A stretch of DNA of 61,633 bases, filler included, from Choristocarpus tenellus KU-1152 (GCA_964200185.2; 11 parts of 11 records of this genome joined end to end with filler, not necessarily neighbours in it), one strand, 5' to 3'. Numbered from the whole stretch's first letter, positions 1 to 13,045 are shown. Notes: a model not told the origin generated them from the letters alone. Numbers and translations: made by a program.

Positions 1-95
1 CCCCAGATACTTTGACCCTGTAAGTGCACTTTTCCTAGTTATGGTCCAAATGGACACCCTGGTGTTGACCTCCCCCCCCCTCCCAGATACTTTGT
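1..95. mobile_element. Two nested right ends of MITE family A
   Basis: CCCCAGATACTTTGACCC (1-18) is followed by the internal-plus-right part of a second copy (TGTAAGTGCACTTTTCCT...AATGGACACCCTGG...CCCAGATACTTTG), homologous to 7245-7324. Confidence 0.8.
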
Positions 96-636
96 AAGGT
101 CGACTATTTCTCAATTGATCTAATCAACTTGATACATTCCAATTCGAACACCATCAGCATACATTCAAGTCCCAATACAATAGTCTGATCTGGGAGTAGA
201 CCCTACATGAAATTGTTGAAATTTTATTAAGGGTGGACCAAAACATATAGGGGGGAAAGATTGCAAGGCAGACCAAATGTATCAGTTCAGATATATAGCA
301 AAACAAGGGTTTGCTCATCTACTAATATTTTCCAGCCTGTAAGATGAAGATTGGGGGATCAACCTTATCAGGGTAGGAGCTGATGAATTGGAACTGTTCA
401 CAACCCCCTTCATTAAACAATCAGAACATGTATTATAGAAAGCCTTGCTGTTTGTTTTCACGCCCCCCCCTATCTCGGAGTTACCCTTGAGTTATCATCA
501 ATCAAATGAACAAGGCAAGGTTTCTTCCTCCCTCACCCCTTGTTCCTTTTTTTTCTCTAACTGCTGTCCTCTGTTATCATGCTCCAACCAACGGATATGT
601 GCCTCCCAATTGTCCGCATATACCACCTACCTCCAG

Positions 637-3600
637 ATTCCATTTGGTATCATCGGTGCAGATCGCAATGACTGCAATGGTAAAGCTTGTGACCCAACAG
701 TCCCATCCGACTACGGCGCTCCGCTGTGGGATGATTCCATTAGAAATATTAAAAATGAGTGAGTACATAGTTTTCAATCCTATGTTTTAAAAGAAAGTTT
801 TGAAAATGGTGAGGAACAGAACATGGAGGAAAACAATGATCAAAAGAGATGCAGTAGTAGTACAGTTGAGGATGTGTCCAGGAGGTAATAACCCCCTTAA
901 CCCTGCCTCCTAACCTGGCAGTTCATGACCTTGATGGGTTCTAAGAATTGAGAATCCCGAAATATTTTTCTTGCACCCCTGCAATAGATGTCCTACTACA
1001 TTCTAGGATGCGAGTCCAAAATTTGGTCTTCATCAACTCTTGGCAGTGTACTCTTTGTACCTTCAAACCATGTGCCAAAATTCGTAGCACTTGACCAACA
1101 CCTCAACCTCTTCCCGAGCTCAGGTAGTTAGGGTCTAGAATGGGTTTGAATTTGTAGATTTGAGGTTCCTCACCACATCCTCAATCTTCATTCTCATCTC
1201 TGAAACTGACTCAACATCCAGTACCTGGTTGGCATCTCTGTATTATGAAATAGGTATGCCCAGAAGTGGATGCTGGACTTCTGCAATGCAGTGCAGAATG
1301 CAGATGATGCTTCCACGGTGAGGTTGGTCTACCCAGCAGATACCTCCAACCCGGCCCCTGTTAGATGCATGCACCAGAGCCTGCAGACATGGTGATTGAG
1401 TGGAGTGGATGAAAACCGAGATGTCCACAGATATTTGGATACTTGAGGGTGTTAGAGGGTGTTTTGTCCAGCTAGGGATGGTTCGCCTGCAATTAGTCAA
1501 GCACGACTACACACTCATCATACCATTACTTTATAACACCACAACCTCATCCCTACCTTGAGGGGATCCTAAGTACAGCAGAAGCTCATTTTCTTTGAAG
1601 AAATATCACCATTCAAATTCGCATTTCTTGGCCTCTTCTCATCAAAGATGGAAATGCACTACATATTCAGAAAACCTCCTTCTCATGCTAATTTCTTGAA
1701 ATCAAACTCCACCATTAGGTGCCAAGAAGAGAGTGATCGATGCAGCCAGACCCATGCTACCCTCACAGACAGTGAATACATTGTGGATGAGGATATTTTC
1801 TTCGAAACACTCTCCACCTTTCTGGAGAGTAACGTGATCACTGACGCCAATCTTGTTGGTGGGAGCACCAACTATGACATTTGGCAGGACAACATTCGGG
1901 TGAGACAGTTTCTAGTCAACGTGGCGTTCTGGGGAAGGGGAGGGCGAAGGGATTCGGTTGGGATTGGGGGGTATGGGATAAGTGATACAATATAAAACAA
2001 TAATGATCTCTCCACAACTCAAGTTCATTTTTCATTGCCAAGAACGATGGGAACCAAGAAAGTCTCGAATAAATCCATCTGTTGATCACTGCTATGTTTC
2101 TTCATGATACCCTAACAGTGGGTGGTGATATAAACGTTTTCCTGATCAACTCTTCGTATCTAACAGATGAGCACGTGACTTTAATTTATGCTAACAGAGA
2201 AATTGACAAAACTCTTCAGAACATCACTACCCCCCTACCATTACAGCATATGTGTGCATGTGTGTGTGTGTGTGTATTACTACAGAACAATGTGACTATG
2301 TGAACGTGCATTTGAGCCTAAGGATATGTGATCGAATGTGAAAGTAAACAAAATAGATTATTGTGCGTGGGACGATGCCACAAGCTGACCTGAATACCTC
2401 CGCAATTTACTTTACTACGGCCTGCTCAACTTTTGCTATCCTCCAGAGTGAAGGCATCAGCACAGGCTTTTTCAACTCCACCTTGCTTAGGTACATATCA
2501 GTGAAGGCTCTCTTGAGTGCTCCAATTGACTTGGAATTTACCAAAGGTGGGTGCTCTCATCAAATACTTGCTAATGGTTGATTCTGTGGCGGCATGGTCC
2601 ACTCAGGAAAGGGTGTTGAAGAGAACCACCAGGCAAGATGGACCAGACGAACCAAGACAAACCGTAACCAAGAGGACGAGGTTAAGGTTGGACAAGTGCA
2701 ATTTCTTGCAGTCTTACAGAAAACTGTGGAGTGTTGAAAATCTTATGAGAGGGGGATCATCACAAAGGTCAAGATGTGACAACAAAGAGAATCTTTGATA
2801 TGTGACAGCTCGGGTTGAAGAGATTTTCACTACTTGTGGGATTGGTCTCTTCAAATATTTGACATTAGGTTTTTAGAAGATACTCAACTGGAATCGGGAT
2901 TCCTGACAAGAAAACAAAAACAATGTATGGTATACGGTAATAACGGTATAATAACAGACAACCCTGCTTTCCACAATATATGTAGGTTAATTGTAGGAGG
3001 AATATGATTGAACAAACAGTCTCTAGGGCTCTCAATGTACACTCCAAGCAAAATTTATGTACTAAGAACTTGAAATTTTCGAGTCTAATTCAGTCAAGAG
3101 CACCTGAAGTACGTTCAATCGTCATGGTAGAAGGAGATCATTGAAAAATGACCATAGGAGGATACTGGGGTGAAGTCATCCTATTCACTTAGATTGGCGC
3201 CTGGGCTACCTATCGTCCACTGCAAAGAATGTTTTTTTTACCACATTTCCCTCATCCGGAGCATGTTTTGGGGGTTCTTTCCCTCTTATCGTTCATGCCC
3301 ACTGGACTATCCTCTTTGCCTGGGTTCGTCTCGTGACTCGGATTTTCTCATATGTAGCTCAAGTACGTCCAATAGCTGTATGCTCATTTGTAGATGATAC
3401 TCAGGATTCAAAAGCCTTGATTTGGCATAAATGGACATGCTAACCTCTCTCTATGAAGGATGAAGATCATTCATTTGTGTCAGTGATAGTGTCGCTCAAC
3501 CTTGCCTCCCCTTGTTTGTGAATACGCAATGGACATGCTCACCGAGAAATTCTTTTGTTATAGCAGAATATTTTTGACGATGTTTTACCTTTCTGAAGCT

Positions 3601-6600
3601 TATCCCCACGATCAATACTGCTAATCGCTTGAACCATAAGGCGTAAGAGCTATGAATATTGAACGAAACCACTGTAAATACTTAGTAACTCGCAGAGTGA
3701 TTGATCAATCGAATTTGATCATTGAGACGTTGATATTCCTTTTAGTTGGCCTTGCATCAATTTAGTTAAATAATTATCATATTTTGTTGTTGTGTAGTCA
3801 AGAAATAAATACCCCACTTCGTTGTGTTTGATAGTCCATGCTGGATATAAATCCTGTGGTCTTCTCATGTTTTGTTTACTTTGGAGAATGACGTTTGGAG
3901 CAGGACGTTCGGGGAACTAATATTTGCAGTATCAACAGCACCAGGACATAAGCTGTTTTTTCTTGCATTAAAATGGTTCAAAGGTGCAAAGCAAGATATG
4001 ATCCACTATGGCATGAATCACAATCGAAAGATGATAGGTGGCAGTGGTTTCTAACTCCAAGAACTCAGCGAAAAAGATAGCAGCAATTAAATTGACTATG
4101 CGAATCTGATTGTTTCAGTTCCACCAAACATCCCGAAATTCTAGCGTTGTGAACAGGAAGATTTTAAGCGTAAATCACCTGGAAACGTTCGATCAACTCG
4201 ATTGAACTGTTGGCACAGAAGGTGATGCGCAAAAAATGTACACATGTCGCCAAGTGGCACGTGGAACCATGAGGAAAAACTTCGTCAGCTTGAATGGAGT
4301 CCAATACCACCAAATTTGTCTTTCGTCTTGGGCAGATCTTAAGCCTTGAATGTAAAGTGAACTGTGGGTGGTGACACCTTGTGGCGAATGCACTAGATTG
4401 TGTGATTTTCTGACCTCTGACACATTCAGTCACACGTCAGCCTGCATTGCAATAAAAAAAATGACCAAATTTACAAATTTTGCAGGTTCGATTATCAGTC
4501 TTGGTACATTTTTTTTAACTGAGGTCGATTGAACTGTCGCGGTTCACAACACCACGAAATACATTTCTCATACCTGAACATGACATTCCTGACTGCTTAC
4601 CTACAGGGATCAAGCTCTATGAGGATTGGGTGAACTTTGTAGATGAGTGGAAGGTGCTGTCTACTGATACGACCATATACGGTACAAAAGCTGAGGGCGT
4701 GTATTCTACTGGTTTTGTAACCAACAGTGAGGTCTTCCACTTTTTCTACCTACAGGTGCAACAAAAGCAATGCACTTGTACGTCCGACTACGAATAATAG
4801 TCCTAACCAATTGTACTTACCCTAATAATAGTAGAACAATACGTTAAGTCAAAGATAGGTACTGGTAACTCTGAAAGCAATTTGAAAGGCATCGCAGAAC
4901 GTATAATTCCATCAACTGAAAAAATAAAGCTTCATTATTGTACTGGCTATTACTCGGCCCGAGAAGGAGAGGTAAAGTTCACCCAATGCCAAATAAAGGC
5001 ACAGACGCCATATCCTGGTGTGGACTGGATCATAAGAGGAATAGAATATATGCCCCTTATCCGAAATTATGTGAAGACTACTATAAACAACCACTACTTC
5101 CGTATAGATATACTGAAGTACATGAAAAATACTAATGAATCGACGTTTTTCAATCTACTCCACACGATGATTTCCGTATATATATACACTGCTATATACT
5201 CCACATGATGATAGTAAAGTGATGCATAGTTTTTTGCCATTACCCCTTCCTACAGCTTCACCGACTCTTAACAAGAAAACAACAATTAGATCAATCGTAG
5301 CCCGCAAATGGATCGTATGGTACAGTTGCAGTGTTTCAAACAGGATGAACTGAAAAAACCCTTGCAGTCACAAGGCCTACTCGCAAGACCTTGTTTCGAT
5401 CCTCAGATAGTGTACCGAAGTTGAACCATAGCAATTAGGTGAAGAAACCCACCATTGTCATAAAAGAAGTTGTGACAGGGGTGAGATGTTTAGGTGATTT
5501 AATGTTAAGCACTCAATAAAATTGTCAAAGGAAAGGGAGTAGCTGGATGAGTTGACATTGTACCGTAGTGGTGGAGCCCTGTGTGAATTGGTTGGTAGAG
5601 TTCGTAACTTCAGTTGCAAGCAACCTCTGTCTTTATTTACATTTATTTTTTTGTACTTCAGTACCATATTAGAGCAACCCCCCACAAAAATGAGGAGACT
5701 TACCTCCTGGCCTGCTGACTCATCTCCGCGTAGTATGTATATATGCAGTTATACATTTTGCAAGTGTTTACCTCGGCTCTATTCGCCATGGACAGCAACC
5801 CCCCCAAAAAGGTGTTAAGCTGGGTAGATTGGTAGATTGGTAAATGGGTAGCTAGGTACATGGGTAGCTGGGACGAGTCTAGATGTCCTGCAGCCCAGCA
5901 TGGAAATTTGTCCAACTCCAACAGTGTGTTGTGATTGAGCCGTCAAAGAGAAAACAGGGCTCATATGTGTGTGAGTGTGCCGGTTAAGTCAATCATTTCA
6001 GATACCTATTATTAGTAGTTGACACTGTAAACCGTTTGATGGATTAGCTAAGATGAGGGAGAGGCCAGTGGTCAAGGCTTGGATCAGAGAGGAAGGAGAG
6101 ACTACACCAGCCAGGAACCACAGTGTTCCATTGACATCAAGATGTGCAGGGAGGTTGTTCCTAACTAAGAACAAATAAGTACACAAATAGATCCCGTGAA
6201 AAGAAAAAAAACAATGGATGGTTGACTATTGTCATACAAGCCATCATTAAACAAATTGTGTTCTAGGATAAAATTTCCTGTGTATTGTTGGTACAATTCA
6301 ATGAGAGATGAACCACAAGCACTGCACCAACACTGCACCAACACTGCACCAGCACTCCACACTGCTTTCACTAAATGGGCAAATAGGTATGGTACAGGAA
6401 TCGAGGCCATTGAGCACCTACCACATATTCTGAAGAAATGCTTAAGACTAAAACAGTGCACCACATAACCCATGGACAAAATATATTCCACCTAGGTCTC
6501 ATGTAGCTCAATTCCTACTGCTGGATAGACGCCCTTGCCTTAATTTTAGAGGCCCAGTGTACTGTTTAATTGCTTCCTTTTTGTACCTACTACAGGGAAG

Positions 6601-7675
6601 AAATGAAAACAGATGATTGGGCTGAAATGCCTTGACCGAAATATACCTCATTAGTTTCCTCTCACCCACTCCCACACATCCTGTGTCAGATCTCCCCTCC
6701 CATCATACTGCTTTTGCTTGTACTCCACAACACACTTGAGCATGACAGATATACAATAATGTAAGTGGAGAATATTCTTCCTGTGGGTACTAACTCCAAT
6801 ACACACCATTTTTCAACGTCTGCTTCTTATTCCAGGAGGTCATCATCTTGGAGGCATTTAGAGGCCTCGGTGTGTCTCTATTCTTGACCTTCCTGATCTT
6901 GTGCATTGCCACCTATAACTGGTTCGTATCTGCCATGGCTACATTCACTATTACCTCCATGGTAAACCTTTTTTTACTCCTTCCTCTCCTCCCTAAGACA
7001 TGACATCGTTTTGATACTTGACTGAGCTACCAGAGGACTTATTGAAAAGAGTGTGTTGAATTTTGAGCTCACTTGCATTGCCTTGCATCATGAACTACTA
7101 TGGAGGAAAATACCAATTATTTTATTTCTAGTGTGCACAGGTACAGGCTCAAAGTATCTGGGAGGGGGTAGCGGCTCTCCGTTTAGGGTCAATTTTTTCA
7201 TGTCGCGTTTTTTGTGCGATTTGGTTGCATACGTCGGATGGATAATGTACATGTACTTTTCCTGACTTTGGTCAAATGGACACCCTGGTTTAGTTCCCCC
7301 CCCCCCCGCCAGATACTTTAGGCCACACGTGTGGTGCCTCTGTGTCTATTGTATGTCTTTTTGTGGACATTTTCCATCGTCGCTTTGTGAATGAGCAATT
7401 GTGTTTTGTGCACATTTGCTCCGATTTCAGAGCCCCAACCCCCCATGCCTCCCCCTTGTCTAGTCAGCAGAATTCCGTCTCTTTCCCATGTCCAACTCAC
7501 TTGGAGGCTCAGTTGTATCACCCCTCATAATACATACCACAATCCCAGCCTCATCCACTATTTATCCCTATCCTGTGAATTCATCAAATTTTCCTGCCAG
7601 GTTGGAGGAGTGGTTGCATTCACAGTTTTTAATGGCTGGAATTTGGGAGTCTTGGAAGCAATTCTCTTTGTCATG
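637..7675 (+). CDS. Dispatched-like RND/sterol-sensing-domain transporter, internal fragment; exons 637-758, 1254-1391, 1719-1899, 2447-2546, 4607-4755, 6836-6961, 7601-7675
   Basis: All seven exons have AG/GT borders with matching phases. Joined peptide: IPFGIIGADRND..DPTVPSDYGAPLWDD..YAQKWMLDFCNAV..VRCMHQSLQTWC..LLRYISV..GIKLYEDWVNFVDEWK..FYLQEVIILEAFRGLGVSLFLTFLILCIATYNWFVSAMATFTITSMVGGVVAFTVFNGWNLGVLEAILFVM. This resembles the second luminal domain and TM8-10 of Dispatched (AQxWxLxFC; GWxLGxxE just before the GxxVD helix). Both gene ends lie outside the contig. Confidence 0.85.
863..1186. mobile_element. Degenerate intronic MITE with CAGTTGAGGATGTG termini (Tc1/pogo-like)
   Basis: TA|CAGTTGAGGATGTG at 861-876 and the imperfect inverted copy CACATCCTCAATCT near 1173-1186; no coding capacity. 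Confidence 0.5.
6320..6365. repeat. 11-bp tandem repeat (CACTGCACCAA) x~4
   Basis: Directly visible: cactgcaccaa cactgcaccaa cactgcaccag cactccac. Confidence 0.8.
7146..7324. mobile_element. MITE family A, full-length copy (179 bp), PIF/Harbinger-like
   Basis: TIRs GGCTCAAAGTATCTGG / CCAGATACTTTAGGCC with the 3-bp TSD ACA on both sides. A near-identical partial copy is at 8168-8302; further ends lie near 12167, 12350, 33960, 38676, 42036, 51326, 51500, 54797 and 54920. Confidence 0.9.
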
Positions 7676-8167
7676 GTAAGAGGGTAAGGACTTGAGGTAC
7701 CCTGAATTTGTAAAAATGTTTTTTTACTTGTTCAACATTCCCTTGATAAAAAGGTTTGGAGGTTAGGAGCAAGTGTTAGGGTAAAACATCTTGTTGAATG
7801 TATGTACATCTTTAGGAATGCTATGACATCATTTCATATTTTAGTGAAGGAGTATACTCAACCATGTCACGAAATACGTTTTGCTTGGGCATGTAGCCTT
7901 GCCACTAAAAACATTTTTAAGTTTGCCTAAGGGCAGTCTCGACATCAAAAAATGATTATGTCTGCTATTTGACCATTTTCTTAAGTAGAAGGGGAAAAGG
8001 GAGATGATGTTATTCTAAATGATGGAGTTAGACAAAATGAGACTTTTTCTGAGTTCCCTTCAAAACATTTTAAGGAATGTCAACCAGCCTAGTTAGTTAT
8101 TACACCCACAACTTACTACTCTAAGTATTTGTAATTGTCATGTGATGTGACTGAATCTTCAAATTTT

Positions 8168-8302
8168 GGGTCAAAGTATCTGAGGGAGGGGGTAGCGGCT
8201 CTCCGTTTAGGGTCAATTTTTTCATGTCGCGTTTTTTGTGCGATTTGGTTGCATACGTCGGATGGATAATGTACATGTACTTTTCCTGACTTTGGTCAAA
8301 TG
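8168..8302. mobile_element. MITE family A, truncated by the contig end
   Basis: Almost identical to 7146-7280. Confidence 0.9.
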
Positions 8303-8402
8303 NNNNNNNNNNNNNNNNNNNNNNNNNNNNNNNNNNNNNNNNNNNNTTAATTAATTAANNNNNNNNNNNNNNNNNNNNNNNNNNNNNNNNNNNNNNNNNN
8401 NN
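8303..8402. other. Artificial contig linker N44-TTAATTAATTAA-N44 (also 12208-12307, 25005-25104, 30612-30711, 34055-34154, 38576-38675, 42092-42191, 51365-51464, 54820-54919, 58326-58425)
   Basis: Ten identical 100-bp blocks whose palindromic core gives stops in all six frames. Confidence 0.98.
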
Positions 8403-8463
8403 GATTCTCTTCACCACCCTTGCCTGAGTGAACCACGCCGCCACAGAATCACACCATTCACAA

Positions 8464-8522
8464 TGGCGACACCGGTGAGATTCGAACTAACGCGTGCGAA
8501 GCACGCAAACTTAGCAGGCTCG
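8464..8522 (-). pseudogene. 3' half of tRNA-Ser(GCT) ending in CCA
   Basis: Minus strand reads CGAGC-CTGCTAA-GTTTG (anticodon arm, GCT), GTGC-TTC-GCAC (long variable arm), GTTAG-TTCGAAT-CTCAC (T arm, one mismatch), CGGTGTCG-CCA. The D arm and 5' acceptor strand are absent, and a MITE-B half abuts it. Confidence 0.8.
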
Positions 8523-8663
8523 TATACATTAGTAAAGTTTGTGTCTGGAACAAGGATATTGACACTTCCTAACAAACGCGATAGCCAAAATTACATCAAA
8601 ATCGCAACATTTGATTTTGACCCCAAAACGGACACGGCTCTACCCTCTAAGATAATTTGACTC
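8523..8663. mobile_element. MITE family B, right half
   Basis: Homologous to 10395-10532; ends CCCTCTAAGATAATTTGACTC. Confidence 0.85.
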
Positions 8664-10275
8664 GCATAGATAAGCTGACAACTTATGTAGTAGGAGGAAG
8701 GGGGGCTGAGGGCTTTAGTCGTAATGGAACAGTAAAAGGCGTACCTGCTACAGGTTGTGTCAGTCACAACACCAAAAGCAATCTCCAGGTGTGCCATGCA
8801 TTTTAATGTGAGACACCGGGTCTGTGGACTAGAAGAGGCCTGATTGGCTCATGGGACGTTTTACTCTCTGTTTCTTATTTTTCCCTACATGACAGCATCT
8901 GCAAAAAGTCAGCGAGCAGAAAAATAACATCATCACTTACACTATGCATCTGATACATACATTAGTACCAAATATTACGTAGTATATCTTAGCATGAAAG
9001 TTCCAGACAGCCCCTCTACTCCTGGGATTTGTGGTTGGCTATCACTGCAACCTCACCCACGACGAGAGTTAGAAATGCAATTCAGAGTCATCGGTAGAGA
9101 ATGCCACTTGTCATTGTACTGAGGTGTGATATGTTGGGTGGATGCAGGACCACAATAGATCGAGCGACCGGGAAAGGTCTTATTCCTGCTCTGAGGCGGC
9201 TCTTATTCCTTCAAACAGCGCCAGAATATCGATAGTACCTATCTGTGCTTGCCACTCTGCACACAGCCCCCTCTACTTTAGAGGTTTTTCATTGCTCTAG
9301 CATTCCAGATATCCTCAATGTCAAAGGAATACCAGCGCAACCAGTTTGGTGTGTGAGGGTTGGCACCGGTGACGGTTAGTACTATGGAGCATAATGTACA
9401 GACAGTATATATAGTATCCAAAGAAGGGTTCAATAGACCTCAGAATTGATTCTGCCAATTCCAAAATGTTTCCACCTCCATCTTCCACGATATATTGAAT
9501 ACTACAAAATCAACGCGACAAACAGACACATTTCAAGAGAACATGTTTTTTAAAAGTGCTAGGAAGTATTCATTAACCGACAGCTTTCTTTGTTCGTTTG
9601 TCTGACCACGACTCTGTACTATCTGACACAATGGGCTCTGGAGTGCATGGGGTGGAAAGTACATGGGGGTATACAGTTGCTCACGATAATCACTTCGCAC
9701 CACATCCTGTCATTGGGACTTCTTATCACATACTCGAGTCGTTTTGCAAAAAAAAAATATTACCACCCTTTTGTATAGTACTTCCATAGTAATACATTGA
9801 GATATTTTTGTGAACGCACTGTTCTACTTGCTTTTCCTGGTCTCCCGCACGCTCAGCTGGACTCCACTGTAGTAGCTTTGTCCTCTAAGCGAGAATCCCC
9901 AGTACCAGAGTGTGTCTGCAGTCAGGACTTTGTGTGATGGATGTCAAAAGAGAAAGCGTGCAATGCCGAGGTCCTCTGTGTGCTAGAAACAGGGCAGTTT
10001 CTGATGGGCAACGTGCTCTGCTGGAGGTAGAACTGTCGTGGTTTGCGGATCAAACATTGGAAGGTGATGCATAGACATGTAATGTACAACACGCCATGGT
10101 TTGGGAGTTTTCTAGGGGGTATCTGAATGCCTGTTCAAGGGCCTGGACTGGGGAGACCTGAGCATGGATTTGGATACAGTAGTTATTCTACCTATCGTAG
10201 AATGATATTTCTCTGACCAATTTCAAATCTGTCCAGTCGATTATTGGACCAGAAACAACTGGCTGAGCCTAGATA

Positions 10276-10532
10276 GAGTGAAAGTATATTAGAGGGTACG
10301 AGTTTTGCCCTGTTTGTCCATCTGGGGTTTGGCTTCCCACGGGTTTTTCATGACATTTTACCTACTCCGAAACATTTCTGAGTAGGTAAAATGTGTAAGT
10401 TATAAAAGGAGTGTCCAGAACAAGGATATTGGCATCTCCTAACAAACACGGTAGTCAAAATAACATCAAAATTGCAGCATCGGATTTGGTCCCCAAATGG
10501 ACGCGGCTCTACCCTCTAAGATACTTTGACTC
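10276..10532. mobile_element. MITE family B, full-length (257 bp)
   Basis: TIRs GAGTGAAAGTATATTAGAGGGTA / TACCCTCTAAGATACTTTGACTC; TSD ATA/ATA. Confidence 0.9.
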
Positions 10533-10635
10533 ATAACCAAACGTGTGTCTGCGTGTGTGTGTGTGTGTGTGTGTGTTTGTGTTTTGTGCAACATGTCTCT
10601 TCACCATTGCAGAGCATTGTCCACCCCAACAGATC

Positions 10636-10894
10636 GAGTAAAAGTATCTTAGAGGGTACGAGTTTCGCCTTGTTTGTCGATTTGGGGCTTGGCTTCCCAT
10701 GTTTTTTTTTATTACTTTTCCCTGCTCCAAAATGTTTAGGAGTAGGTAAAATGCGTACGTTATGAAAAGGTGTGTCCGAAACATAGGTATTGACACTTCC
10801 TAACATACACGATACCCAAAATTACATCAAAATCGCAACATTGAATTTCGATCCCCAAATGGATGCGGCTCTACCCTCTCAGATACTTTGGCTC
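10636..10894. mobile_element. MITE family B, full-length (259 bp)
   Basis: Same TIRs, flanks ATC/ATT; colinear with 10276-10532. Confidence 0.9.
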
Positions 10895-11272
10895 ATTATG
10901 TCACAGAGAATTTGAATTGGATTCCTAAGGTGTTTTGAGCTTGAGACTTACATTTTCCACCGTGACACTATCATAGAGTGTGGAACACAAAATGTAAGGC
11001 AGCGCATAGCAAGTCAATGTGTGTGTGTGCTTGGAAGATTTCCTATGGAATGTCTTCGAGCGCCTGTTGAAGATGCATAATCTGGGGAAGCTCATGTAGG
11101 GATTCCTGAGCCTTCCAGAACGAGCACATTTAAGAGTTGGGCTGGAAACTTGGGACTGCTAGAATAATGAACACATTTGTTCATTCATTTCTTTACCTTG
11201 TGAAATGATCTGGCCCAGCAATTGTTCGGAGTCCTATTTGCTAGGCGTGGGCCTCCAGTACATGGGAAAAAA

Positions 11273-11690
11273 TCATATTTTAGTTTTCTTGCCTCTTTTA
11301 GCTGACACATTCCGCTTCCCACCTTTTCCTTTCCCTTTTCCTTTCCCTTTTCCTTTCCGTCCCACAGCTGCTGTGCCGGCTGGTGGAGGAAACATGACCC
11401 TACACGTGAATCCTCCAGGTATTACATGTTTGACTTCCTCTGGATTGGTATGAATACATCTATCGCAGCCCTTGAATGCCCCCTCTGATGTACAGAGTTG
11501 GTCACCTGCACCACCAATTAGTGTTTGCATCAACATCAGTAGCTCATTTGATAGTCCATTTGACCCCACTGTAATCACAGCTGAAAGCGGCAATTGTTTT
11601 CCCCTTATTCCACCGTAACACCCTGCTTTGGCTATGGCAAGATTGTTTGCCACCGCTGCAGTACGTGGGTGATGAGGTCCTAGATTTGAC
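11273..11690 (-). CDS. Probable terminal exon of a TPR-repeat protein with a Lys/Gly-rich basic tail
   Basis: Pyrimidine tract and AG acceptor at 11692-11691, then SNLGPHHPRTAAVANNLAIA (kinesin-light-chain-type TPR signature LGxxHPxTAxxxNNL), ending KGKGKGKGKGKGGKRNVSAKRGKKTKI*. Upstream exons were not confidently found. Confidence 0.5.
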
Positions 11691-13009
11691 CTAAAGAGGG
11701 ATGTAGGTGGGGTATTGACAATATTTTTAGTCTTGCAATTCTTCGACAACTAACCTTGTATGTGTTTTAGCATATGGGTGAGATAAAGTAATAGCACAAA
11801 TAGTTGGACGGCTCGATCAAAACGATTGTCTGCTATGGTTCCCAGTAATAAACATCTTGCCACAGATGCTGTACATTTAACAGTATAACATATCGTATTT
11901 TGGTGTCCACCTGCACAATACAGCTTAGAGCATATTCTGGGGAGTATTGTGTTATTTTGCCAGTAGTAGGGGTTTGTGTGTATATACACAGTCGGGGTGT
12001 GCACAAATAATGGGTGATGGGTACAATGACACTGGTGCAGTGAAATAATCGCATTTTTCAATGAGCAAAATTCTTGACCCTTTGGGAGACCATGTACTTC
12101 GGATTGTGATGTTTGTACCTGATACTGCTGTGTGATAATTTACCGGTCACATTAGATAGTGCTTCAGGCTCAGAGTATCTGGGAGGGGGCGGCGGCTGTC
12201 CATTTGGNNNNNNNNNNNNNNNNNNNNNNNNNNNNNNNNNNNNNNNNNNNNTTAATTAATTAANNNNNNNNNNNNNNNNNNNNNNNNNNNNNNNNNNNNN
12301 NNNNNNNAAAAAAGTTAAAAAGCAAAAAAAGGGTTAAAAACGGCCGCCAACCCCCCCCCCCCCCAGATACTTTGACCCTTTGCCTTGCATTTTTGGCTAG
12401 CACGAAATCGTTTGGGATGTCCTGCTTTCTACACGACTTTGGACAACATCTCTATTGCATACTACCATCTCTTGTTGGATCTGGCGAATGGGATTTGCCA
12501 AAACCGACATGTTGTACGGATTACGTAACAACGGTCCAAAGACCTCAACAGCAAGATTCAAAACATACCTTTCTCATGTTGCGTGTTATCATGTACTGCA
12601 TGCGGGCATTGTAACGATCCGATACCACGGCTCCTCCCCGCACTAGCATGCTCCGACCCCCCATTCCTCCACCTCCAATTGACCCAAATCGACGCGCGAA
12701 TCCCGTCTCCTCTCCTGGAATCATGGGAATAAGGTACCCCCCCACAGTCGCGCATGGAGTGGTTGGTTCATTGCTGATTAGAAGCATGGACTTCAACTAT
12801 TCCAGAATGGCACATCATGGATCAACAAGGAGAGTTGCTGGTGAGGGAGGCGTATATTCACCCGAAAATAGTGTTTATGAGTGGGGAAGGACTCCAGGAA
12901 TGAGCATTTTCTTTTAACGACGTAGACCTGGCAGTTTGATTGTATCGAAAAGAATGAGTTGGGGTTGGGTGTGTGGGGTGGGGGAATCTTAGGGATAGGG
13001 TCATATACA

Positions 13010-13013
<4 letters not shown>

Positions 13014-13042
<29 letters not shown>
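13014..13042. repeat. (GT)n microsatellite (others near 2260, 10553, 17192, 19284, 27396; (AT)n near 29923)
   Basis: Directly visible dinucleotide runs. Confidence 0.95.

Positions 13043-13045
<3 letters not shown>

Noticed and set aside
8347-8358. Recurring palindrome TTAATTAATTAA as a biological site
   Set aside because: It is always centred in exactly 44+44 Ns, so it is an artificial six-frame-stop linker.
9921-10074. Possible terminal exon (SGLCVMDVKRE...LEGDA*)
   Set aside because: It has an acceptor and an open frame, but no linked exon or family match.
10276-10894. Repeat-spacer-repeat arrangement as a CRISPR or similar array
   Set aside because: The units are ~258-bp TIR elements with TSDs, dispersed over many contigs; there are no cas genes and the context is eukaryotic.
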